Positions 36,455 to 44,324 of a stretch of DNA of 64,000 nucleotides are shown piece after piece (positions within the stretch are counted from its first letter, which is position 1; the number at the start of each line of letters is the position of its first letter). The position numbers and the translations under genes are program-made. Origin of the DNA: an uncultured Solirubrobacterales bacterium (lineage in GTDB: Bacteria > Actinomycetota > Thermoleophilia > Solirubrobacterales > 70-9); contig CAVSJI010000002.1 in NCBI GenBank assembly GCA_963728365.1, forward strand, positions 49,270 to 113,269, given 5' to 3'. Below the pieces are notes generated by a model, which was given only the letters and a program-made list of their open reading frames with translations, did not search any database and had not been told where the DNA came from.

Positions 36455-37137
36455 AGGACCAAGGGCAGAAGCCCGACGGCGCCAAGTCTCTGCTGCCCGA
36501 GACGCTTCGCCGCGTTTTGCCGGCGGATACCGCTGACGCTTGGTCCGCTCTCGCGTCGCAGCTGCCCGATCCGCTCTATCTCGGGGGCGAAACGGCGGTT
36601 GCGGTCCATCTCGGACACCGTGAAAGCCGTGACCTCGACTTCTTCTTCCATGAGGCGGTCGACCTCGACCGCCTGGCCGATCGGCTCGCGAGGCTTGGCG
36701 AGTTCGCCGTAACGCAGCGGTCGCCCGGAACTCTGAAGAGCCTATTCGGCGGAACCAGAATCGAGGTCTTCGACGCATCGGACCTGCAGCTGCTGGGGGA
36801 GCCAGAGACCGTGGCCGGCCTGCGGGTGGCAAGCCTTCAAGACCTGATGGCGATGAAGCTCAAGGTGATGGCCGAGCGGGGAGAACTGCGCGACTACTTC
36901 GACGTCAAGGCGATCGACGAGGAGGGTGGAGTCTCGGTCGAGGAGGGCGTCGAGCTATTCATGCTGCGCTACGGCATCGACCCTGGCGACGAGGCGATCC
37001 CCCACCTACTTCGCGCAATGGGCGACCTGAGCGACGTCGAAGAGGACGAGTTGCTGCCCAGCACTCGCGAAGCGCTGCAAGCGTGGTGGAGTCGCCGCCA
37101 GGCAACGGTCCTCCGCAACGCGAGCAGGTTCGGGTAG
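36451..37137 (+). CDS. abiEii: Nucleotidyltransferase AbiEii/AbiGii-family toxin
   Basis: LYLGGETAVAVHLGHRESRDLDFFF (~36616-36648) matches the GG(T/E)A...HRxSxDxDFF signature. MAMKLKV...RGELRDYFD. Confidence 0.75.
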   Translation: MKDQGQKPDGAKSLLPETLRRVLPADTADAWSALASQLPDPLYLGGETAVAVHLGHRESRDLDFFFHEAVDLDRLADRLARLGEFAVTQRSPGTLKSLFGGTRIEVFDASDLQLLGEPETVAGLRVASLQDLMAMKLKVMAERGELRDYFDVKAIDEEGGVSVEEGVELFMLRYGIDPGDEAIPHLLRAMGDLSDVEEDELLPSTREALQAWWSRRQATVLRNASRFG

Positions 37138-37186
37138 GCGTCGTCCGGGTAACGGCCCCGGACTATCGAGCGACGGAAGCGCCCCG

Positions 37187-37639
37187 CTACCGGCGGACGC
37201 CGGCGTGGAATTCGACTGCGTGGATCTCTTCCTCGCCGTGGGAGCCTTCCTGGACCTGTCCGGCGGCGCTGATCAGGCCGCCAAGGCCCGGCAGCGGATG
37301 CGGCCGCCGGCGCCACGGCACCTTGACCGCGGTCAACCCCGGCAAGGTGATCCCCTGCGAGTCGACGATCACGAAGTGCGCGTCGCCGTCACCGTCCGGG
37401 TCGTGCGCCTCGACGTAGACGATCCGCCCCTCGGCCGTACGGCACCCGCGCAGCCCGGCCGGGCACCGCGACGGCGGGACCGCTTCTTCGGCGCCCCCAG
37501 CCCCATCGACCTGGATCACCTTGACCGTCGCGCCGGAGTCGGACTCATGGGTCGCGACCGCGCAGCCGGCGACCGTCAGCACAAGCGCTGCTACAGAGAG
37601 CACCAGCCATTTCCGCCCTCCGGATGCACGTTTGGTCAT
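37187..37639 (-). CDS. Hypothetical lipoprotein
   Basis: MTKRASGGRKWLVLSVAALVLTVAGC lipobox. Start moved to ATG 37639. Confidence 0.5.
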   Translation of the reverse strand: MTKRASGGRKWLVLSVAALVLTVAGCAVATHESDSGATVKVIQVDGAGGAEEAVPPSRCPAGLRGCRTAEGRIVYVEAHDPDGDGDAHFVIVDSQGITLPGLTAVKVPWRRRPHPLPGLGGLISAAGQVQEGSHGEEEIHAVEFHAGVRR

Positions 37640-37832
37640 GCCCCAACTACGAGCCGGAGACTTGAGAATTTCCGCGCCTAAGGACGCGAGGGCGTAGCTC
37701 ATCGTCTCGTGCACGCCCATGCCGACGGCATCTGCAACATCTTTTAGACGGCGGTGAAGACAAACCTCTCGCCCGCCATCGCCCGGCATGAGACAAGGGC
37801 GTCCGTGACGGCACGAGAGACTTGACGAACTG

Positions 37833-39020
37833 CTACCCGGGGAGCGGGTGGCGCCAGTAGAGGTCGGTGCAGTTGAGCGCCAGGGCCCAGGCCGGGCCGA
37901 GCTCGTAGCCGCTGCCGTCTTCGTTGACGACCTGGCCGGCGGCCCCTTGGTCGAGGCGTCCGTGGGCGACCTCGTTGGCGATGCGCGTCAAATTCCCGGC
38001 CCAGGGCGTCCGCAGGCGCGGGTCGCTCACCATCGGCCAGCTCGGCGCCGTGGCGAGCGCCGCGACCGCTTCACGGGCGCCCGTCGCGTCCCCGGCTCCG
38101 CGCGCCGCCTGCCAGGCCTGCACCCAGCCGCAGGCGACCTGGCCGCCGACTTCGACCCCGAGCGCGCGGTGGTCGAGGACGAGGTCTTTGCCCTGTGGCC
38201 CGGCGAGGTCGAAGCCGGGCGGCAGCGGCACGCCGCGCAGCATTCGCTCGGCCGTCGCCTGCCGGTCTTCGGGGCGGACGACCTCGGGAGGCATCGCCGC
38301 CAGCCATTCGTTGACGCTCGCCGGGCCGAGAGAGCGCAGCACTTCTTCGTATTCGGCACGACTGTCGAGTCCGCCGCGGAACTCGAGGAAGACGGAGCCC
38401 TGCGGAGTCAGCATCGTCGCGTATTCGGCGCCGCCGTAGTGGACGGTGGTGGCGAGGCGGCCGAGCAGGCGCGAACGCCGCTGGGGGCTGACGCTCGCCC
38501 GGTCCCGCAGGTAGCCGCGGTACAGCCGCGCCGGATACCAGTGGACCGTCAGTTCGTGGCTGCCGTCGCCGAAGGTGACTTCGCCTTCGCCGGCGCCGAA
38601 CTCGTCGGCGCGGGTCACCTTCCAGCCGGGCGCCCCGACCAGCAGGCGCGGGTTGGCTTCGGCGACTTCGACCGCCGCCGCGGCGAAGGGCGGGCGGCCA
38701 CCGCGGACCGAGCCGCCGGAGAGCAGGACGATCGCCACGGCGAGTGCGGCGATCGCCAGGCCGCCGCCGAGGCCGAGCGCCAGGCGCCTGCGGGCGAAGC
38801 CGCCACCCGTCCGCGAGCGCGGCCCGGCCCCCCCGAACTCGCCGGCGACCCGGTCGCCCGGCTGGATCGGGCGCGCGGGGCGGCGGCCGGCCGCGACGGC
38901 CCGTCGCATCGCCTTGCCCAGGTCGGCGCCGGAGAGCGCTCGGCGCAGCTCCGCGGCGTCGGCGGGGTTCGCGGCCCGCATCGCGGCGAGCGGATCGGGT
39001 TCGTGGCTTGCGTGTCTCAA
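37833..39020 (-). CDS. Putative anti-sigma factor (single TM, large extracytoplasmic domain)
   Basis: 4-nt overlap with the upstream ECF sigma gene. Short cytoplasmic N-terminus, TM LGLGGGLAIAALAVAIVLL. No other motif. Confidence 0.55.
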   Translation of the reverse strand: MRHASHEPDPLAAMRAANPADAAELRRALSGADLGKAMRRAVAAGRRPARPIQPGDRVAGEFGGAGPRSRTGGGFARRRLALGLGGGLAIAALAVAIVLLSGGSVRGGRPPFAAAAVEVAEANPRLLVGAPGWKVTRADEFGAGEGEVTFGDGSHELTVHWYPARLYRGYLRDRASVSPQRRSRLLGRLATTVHYGGAEYATMLTPQGSVFLEFRGGLDSRAEYEEVLRSLGPASVNEWLAAMPPEVVRPEDRQATAERMLRGVPLPPGFDLAGPQGKDLVLDHRALGVEVGGQVACGWVQAWQAARGAGDATGAREAVAALATAPSWPMVSDPRLRTPWAGNLTRIANEVAHGRLDQGAAGQVVNEDGSGYELGPAWALALNCTDLYWRHPLPG

Positions 39021-39601
39021 CTTGCCTCCTCGGCCGGCTCGGGCGCCACGTGGGCGCTCTCATCCGGTGAATGTCCGGCCCGCCGAAGTTGTTTCGCCAG
39101 GCTGCGCCGAGCGCGGTGCAGGCGGACGCGGAAGGCGCCCGGCGAGCAGTCGAGCACCTGCGCCGCCTCCTCCGTGGCGAGCCCGTCCCAGGCGACGAGC
39201 CGCAGCACCTCGCGCTCGCGCTCGGCGAGCCGGGCGAAAGCGACGGCAAAGGCGTCGCGCCGGTCGATCGCCGCGGCCAGGTCCTCCTCCCCATGCCCCG
39301 CGCCGGCCTCGTGCGCGAGCCGGCCCTCCAACTCGCGGCGGCGGCGTGCCGAGCGGCGCTGGTTGGCGATCACCCGGAAGGCGATCGCGTAGAGCCAAGG
39401 CAAGGCCCGTTCGGGCAACACCTCGCGGCGCCGCCAGGCCACGCCGAAGGCCTCGGCCACGGCGTCCTCGGCCGCCGCCCGGTCCGGCAGCCGCCGCAGC
39501 GCGAAGGCGAGCACGTCGGCGTAGTGCTCGCCGAAGCAGCGCTCGAAGCGCGCCTCGGCAAGGTCCGGCGGCAGGCCGGCGCTATCTCCCGCGGTGGGCA
39601 T
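39017..39601 (-). CDS. ECF-type RNA polymerase sigma-70 factor
   Basis: Region 2: DAVAEAFGVAWRR..LPWLYAIAFRVIAN. Region 4: VLRLVAWDGLATEEAAQVLDCSPGAFRVRLHRARRSL. Confidence 0.9.
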   Translation of the reverse strand: MPTAGDSAGLPPDLAEARFERCFGEHYADVLAFALRRLPDRAAAEDAVAEAFGVAWRRREVLPERALPWLYAIAFRVIANQRRSARRRRELEGRLAHEAGAGHGEEDLAAAIDRRDAFAVAFARLAEREREVLRLVAWDGLATEEAAQVLDCSPGAFRVRLHRARRSLAKQLRRAGHSPDESAHVAPEPAEEAS

Positions 39602-39702
39602 CGTGGGTTACATGTACCGGGCCCCCAGATTGTTACGGACGGCTGCGGCGGCGGCGAATGCCGATGCCGCCGCAGCCCCGATCCCCACGCTGGGGCTCGA
39701 CC

Positions 39703-41103
39703 TCACGCCCCGCTCGGCAACACGTTCTGGTTGCGGTGGAAGAGGTTGGTCGGGTCGTAGCGGTCCTTGAGCGCCTGCAGCTTGGCGTACTTCTCCTCGC
39801 CGTAGGAGGCGCGCACCCGGTCCTGCCCCTCGGCGGCGAGGAAGTTGACGTAGCCGCCGCCGGTCAGCGAGGGCTCGAGCTCGGTGTAGAGGCCCTGCGC
39901 CCACTCGACGCACGGCGTGAGGCCGCCAGGCTCGTGGCTGATCGCGCAGGCGTTGAGCACGAAGGCGGCGCCCCGCTCGCCGTAGGCGGTCTCCTCCTCG
40001 GACACCCGGGCGATCGCCCCGCCGAAGTGCTGGACGTGGATCTCCGAGGCGCCCGGGGCCTCCTGGTGGAAGCGCGCCATGGTGGAGATCGCCGCGTCGT
40101 CGAGCTCGCGCAGGTAGCCGGCCTTCATGTAGGTCTGGATGCCCTGCGGCCAGAGCGCGTCGATCAGCTGCTGCATCTGCGCGTAGGGCATCGGGCCGAT
40201 CAGGTCGGCGACTGGATCGCCCAGCTCGCTCAGCGGCCGCATCGCCGCGGCGCCCTCCTCGACGTCGCCGGCATAGCAGCCGATCAGGGCGATCAGCTTC
40301 TTGCCGTGCCACTCCTCGGGCAGGAAGGGCGCCGGCGGCGCGGTCAGCAGGTTGGCCAGCGAGGTCAGCTCGTCGGGCGCCTCGTCGGCGAAGCCGCGGT
40401 AGAAGCGGAGGATCTCCTCGGCGCGAGCGCCGTCGTAGAAGACCGGGCCGGCGGTCACCGTCGGGCCGACCGGGTGCAGGTCGAACTCGAAGGAGGTGAC
40501 CACGCCGAAGTTGCCGCCGCCGCCGCGCAGCCCCCAGAAGAGGTCGGAGTTCTGCGCGTCGCTGGCGGTGATCACGCGGCCGTCGGCGGTCACCACCTGG
40601 GCCGAGCGCAGGTTGTCGCAGGTGAGCCCGTGCTTGCGCATCAGCCAGCCGATCCCGCCGCCGAGGGTGAAGCCGGCGATCCCGGTGGTCGAGACCAGGC
40701 CGCCGGTCACCGCCAGGCCGTGCTCCTGGGTCGCCGCGTCGAGCTCGGACCAGAGGACGCCGCCCTCGGCGACCGCCGTGCGCTGCCCGGCGTCGACCTC
40801 GATCGCCTTCATCGGCGAGAGGTCGATGACGATGCCGCCGTCGACGGTCGAGAAGCCGGGGATGCTGTGACCGCCGCCGCGCACCGCGACCTCGAGCCCC
40901 TCGCTGCGGGCGAAGCCGATCGCGTGACGCACGTCGGCGGCGTCGGCGCAGCGGGCGATCACCGCCGGGCGGCCGTCGTGGGCGCCGTTCCAGATCTGGC
41001 GGGCCTCGTCGTAGCCGGCGTCGGTGGGCCGCACCAGCTCGCCATTGAGGCCATCTTCGAACTCCTTCAGCGTCGCCGCTCCAAGCACTCCTTGCTTTGC
41101 CAT
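39703..41103 (-). CDS. FAD-linked oxidase, berberine-bridge-enzyme/VAO family
   Basis: VAVRGGGHS, TGGLVSTTGIAGFTLGGGIGW, LFWGLRGGGGNFGVVT, C-terminal YDPTNLFHRNQNV. Confidence 0.9.
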   Translation of the reverse strand: MAKQGVLGAATLKEFEDGLNGELVRPTDAGYDEARQIWNGAHDGRPAVIARCADAADVRHAIGFARSEGLEVAVRGGGHSIPGFSTVDGGIVIDLSPMKAIEVDAGQRTAVAEGGVLWSELDAATQEHGLAVTGGLVSTTGIAGFTLGGGIGWLMRKHGLTCDNLRSAQVVTADGRVITASDAQNSDLFWGLRGGGGNFGVVTSFEFDLHPVGPTVTAGPVFYDGARAEEILRFYRGFADEAPDELTSLANLLTAPPAPFLPEEWHGKKLIALIGCYAGDVEEGAAAMRPLSELGDPVADLIGPMPYAQMQQLIDALWPQGIQTYMKAGYLRELDDAAISTMARFHQEAPGASEIHVQHFGGAIARVSEEETAYGERGAAFVLNACAISHEPGGLTPCVEWAQGLYTELEPSLTGGGYVNFLAAEGQDRVRASYGEEKYAKLQALKDRYDPTNLFHRNQNVLPSGA

Positions 41104-41204
41104 TCGGGCTCTCCTTCTCTGCCGGGGGACCGGCTCTCGATCAAACGTTGCGACGAAGCTACGGAGAGCCGCTTAGCGCTCGCTTTGCACCGCCTTACCC
41201 CCGC

Positions 41205-44200
41205 TTAACCGCTGACCGCCGCCAGCCCGGCCTCGAGGTTGGCGCAGTAGGCGGGACCCTGCTCGCCGCCCAGCTGCCCGAAGAGCTGCGTGGCGCGTTC
41301 CAGCCAGGGACGAGCCACGCCCGCCTCGCCGTCCTCGACCGCCATCGCGGCGAGGACCGCCTGCGCCCAGGCCTCATGGTGGCTGGGCGCCATGCGCGCG
41401 AGCAGCTCGGCGGCGCTCTCGAGACGGGCGCGGGCCTCGCCGCGCTCGCCGGCGCTGAGCTCGACGCAGGTGAGGCTCAGCTCGGCGGCGCTGAGCCCGA
41501 TCATGTCGTCGTTCTCGGTGAACCAGGCGCGCGCCTGCCGGGCCGCCGCACGCCCGCCGTCCGGGTCCCCGGCGCGGGCGTCGAGAAGGGCGAGGCAGCC
41601 GAGCGTGATCCCGGTGCCGCGGCGGTCGCCGACCTTCTGGCGGATCGCGAGGCTGCGCTCGAGCAGCCCCCTGCCGCGCTCGAAATCGCCGACGGCGCGG
41701 GCCAGGTTTCCCGCCGCGTTGAGCGCCACTGCTTCGCCCTGGACGTCGCCGAGCCGGCCAAAGCGGGCGAGGCTCTCCTCGATCAGCTCGGCGGCGCGGC
41801 CCGCCTCGCCCATGGCGCGCTCGACCGCGGCGAGGTTGACGAGCACGTAGGCGAGCGCCGCCTCGCCACCCACGCGGCGCGCGAGGAGCACCGTTTCCTC
41901 GTGCAGGGCGAGCGGGTAGCCGACCTCGGGCTCGACCGATATCAAGCCGTAGCTGAGCGGCCAGAGCGCCGCTCCTCGCTCGCCCGTCAGCTCGCCGAGG
42001 CGCTCTTTGGCGAGCTCGAGCCGCTCGCGGGCGAGCGGGTAGTCGCGGCGCAGCCAGGCGCCGAGGCCGATCGTGTGCGCCGCCCAGGCCGATGAGCGGG
42101 CGGCGGGGAGGCCCTTGGCCGCGAGCGCGCCGTGCTCGGCGACCAGCTCCTCGATCTCGGCCACGCCGCAGAATATCGCCCGGTAGGCGCCGCAGATCTC
42201 GACCGCATCGAACATCCGCTGCGGCTCGCCGAGTTCGGCGAAGAGCGCGATGCCCTCCAGCACCTGCTCGTGGATCCCCTCGTGCACGCCGCGGCGCAGC
42301 CCGATCAGGCAGGCGGCGGCGAGCGCCCGGCCACGCGGGACGGTGCGCTCCGGCGCCGCGTTGAGGGCGATCAACAGCCAGGAGTGCCCCTCGGCCAGGT
42401 AGCCGCGCATCAGCCAGAAGCGCCAGAGGGCGACGGCAAGCCGCAACCCGGCCTGCGGGTCGGCGGCGACCGCCGAGGTGAGCGCGGCGCGCAGGTTGTC
42501 GCGCTCCAAATCGAGCCGGCGCAGGCGCTCGCGCGAGGGCAGGTCCCCTTCGGGAGTCGGGTCGCTCTCGGCCAGGTCCAGGTACCACTCGCGGTGGCGC
42601 CACTCGAAGTCCTCACGCTCGCCCGCCTCGCGCAGCCGCTCGGCCGCGTACTGGCGCACCGTCTCGAGCAGTCGGTAGCGCCGCTCCCCCACACCGTCCT
42701 CGGCCTGGAGAAGCGACTTGTCGACGAGCCGGCCGAGCAGGGCGGCGAAACCGCTTCGGTCGAGGGGCGGCTCGGCGCAGACGTCCTCGGCAGCCGGCAG
42801 GCCGAAGCCGGCGGCGAAGACCGCGAGCCGGCGCAGCAGGACCCGCTCCTCGGCATCGAGCAGCTCGTAGCTCCAGGCGAGCGTCGCGCGCAGGGTCTGC
42901 TGGCGGGTCATCGCCGTGCGACTGCCGGCCGCGAGCAAGTCGAGCGATTCGTCGAGGCGCTCGACGATCTGCGCAGGCGAGAGCGAGCCCGCCTGGGCGG
43001 CGGCGAGCTCGATCGCCAGCGGCATCCCGTCGAGCCGGTGGCAAAGGGCGGCGACCGCGGCGGCGTTGTCCGCGGCGAGCTCGAAGCCGGGCGCGGCCTG
43101 GGCGGCGCGGACCGAGAAGAGCCGCACCGACTCCGCCTCAATCGAGTCCGCGGCGGCCTCGCCGTCGAGGCGCGGCAGCGAGAGCGAGGGCACCCGCCAG
43201 GTGACCTCGCCGGGCACTCGCAACGGCTCGCGGCTGGTGGCGAGCACGGTCAGGTTCGGGCAGTGGCGGAGCAGGGACTCGACCAGCTGGGCGACGGGCT
43301 CGATCAGGTGCTCGCAGTTGTCGAGCAGGAGCAGCTGCTCGCGCTCGCCGATCTGGGCGGCGAGCGCGACGTCGGACGCCCGGCCGGAGGCGAGGCGCAC
43401 GTCCATCGCCTGGGCGACGGTCTGCCCGACCAGGGCCGGCTCGCCGAGCACCGCCAGCTCGACCGGCCAGATGCCGTCGGGGAAGTCGTCGCGGCCGGCG
43501 GCCAGCTCGTAGGCGAGCCGCGTCTTGCCGCAGCCCCCGGCGCCGGTCAGGGTCAGCAGGCGCGAGGCGCCGAGCAGGCCGTCGACCTCGCCGAGCTCGC
43601 GCTCGCGGCCGATGAAGCTGGTCAGGTGCCGGGGCAGGCGTGGCGGGGCCGCGGCCTGCGGACCGGCCGCCTCCTCAACCTCGGCCAGCTCGCCGGCGAG
43701 CGCCTCTCGCAGCTCGGCCAGCGTCTCGCGGCGGGCCGAGCACCAGTCCTCGTAACGGTCCTCGGGCAGCAGCTCGCCGCCGTAGGAATCGAGCGCGGCG
43801 CGATAGGCGGACGCCTCGCCGGCCTCGCGCGCCGCGACGGCGGCCCGCTCGAAGGCGACCGCGTCGATCAGCAGCCCGCCGGCCGGGCAGAGCGCCAGCA
43901 CGTCGTCGCGCAGCTCCAGGCAGCTGCGCCCGTCGAGCCCGGTCGAGCCAAGCGCCCGGCGCGCCGCGAAGATCGCCTGGTGCAGGTTGTTGCGGCTCGA
44001 GACCGGGTCGCGATCGGGCCAGAGCAGCTCGGCCGCCTCCTCGGAGTGCATCCGCTGCCCGGGCGCCAGCGCCAGCAGCTTGACCAGCGTCTTCGCCTTG
44101 CGCAGCCGCCAGGCGTCGTCGGGCACCGCCTCGCCGCCGAGCGTCACCGAGAACGCCCCGAGCAGGTTGACGTGGAGCGCCTGGCCAAATGATCGATTTT

Positions 44201-44210
44201 CCTGAACCAT
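41205..44210 (-). CDS. AfsR/SARP-family regulator: OmpR-type wHTH + BTAD + NB-ARC P-loop ATPase + TPR array
   Basis: LHVNLLGAFSVTLGGEAV...LLALAPGQRMHSEEAAELLWPD, BTAD ERAAVAAREAG...YGGELLPEDRYEDW, Walker A GAGGCGKTRLA, LLLLDNCEH, and a long TPR-like C-terminus. Confidence 0.9.
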   Translation of the reverse strand: MVQENRSFGQALHVNLLGAFSVTLGGEAVPDDAWRLRKAKTLVKLLALAPGQRMHSEEAAELLWPDRDPVSSRNNLHQAIFAARRALGSTGLDGRSCLELRDDVLALCPAGGLLIDAVAFERAAVAAREAGEASAYRAALDSYGGELLPEDRYEDWCSARRETLAELREALAGELAEVEEAAGPQAAAPPRLPRHLTSFIGRERELGEVDGLLGASRLLTLTGAGGCGKTRLAYELAAGRDDFPDGIWPVELAVLGEPALVGQTVAQAMDVRLASGRASDVALAAQIGEREQLLLLDNCEHLIEPVAQLVESLLRHCPNLTVLATSREPLRVPGEVTWRVPSLSLPRLDGEAAADSIEAESVRLFSVRAAQAAPGFELAADNAAAVAALCHRLDGMPLAIELAAAQAGSLSPAQIVERLDESLDLLAAGSRTAMTRQQTLRATLAWSYELLDAEERVLLRRLAVFAAGFGLPAAEDVCAEPPLDRSGFAALLGRLVDKSLLQAEDGVGERRYRLLETVRQYAAERLREAGEREDFEWRHREWYLDLAESDPTPEGDLPSRERLRRLDLERDNLRAALTSAVAADPQAGLRLAVALWRFWLMRGYLAEGHSWLLIALNAAPERTVPRGRALAAACLIGLRRGVHEGIHEQVLEGIALFAELGEPQRMFDAVEICGAYRAIFCGVAEIEELVAEHGALAAKGLPAARSSAWAAHTIGLGAWLRRDYPLARERLELAKERLGELTGERGAALWPLSYGLISVEPEVGYPLALHEETVLLARRVGGEAALAYVLVNLAAVERAMGEAGRAAELIEESLARFGRLGDVQGEAVALNAAGNLARAVGDFERGRGLLERSLAIRQKVGDRRGTGITLGCLALLDARAGDPDGGRAAARQARAWFTENDDMIGLSAAELSLTCVELSAGERGEARARLESAAELLARMAPSHHEAWAQAVLAAMAVEDGEAGVARPWLERATQLFGQLGGEQGPAYCANLEAGLAAVSG

Positions 44211-44324
44211 ATACGCGAAGACTGTCTATGGTGTACCGGTCGTCGGTGAGTTGAGGGCGCGACCGGAGGAGCGCCATGGTGGCAGACAGGAGCCAGACGA
44301 AGGAAGCGGAGCCGTGGGGAGACG

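Noticed and set aside
33263-37800. tRNA-associated genomic island (tRNA as an integration site for the Fic/AbiE genes)
   Set aside because: The Fic/AbiE genes lie on the 5' side of the tRNA. No integrase, and no direct repeat of the tRNA 3' end, was noticed. Only the lower-GC patch around 35.6 kb supports foreign origin.
38575-41208. 877-aa plus-strand ORF spanning the sigma/anti-sigma/FAD-oxidase region (and 37848-39392, 38071-39294)
   Set aside because: It crosses three well-supported minus-strand genes (ECF sigma regions 2/4, BBE-type FAD motifs). Its translation is Arg/Pro/Ala low complexity.
42132-44192. 686-aa plus-strand ORF and 409-aa alternate-frame ORF (41374-42603) inside the SARP regulator gene
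   Set aside because: The minus-strand frame carries wHTH, BTAD, Walker A and TPR signatures. These alternatives have no motifs and skewed composition.
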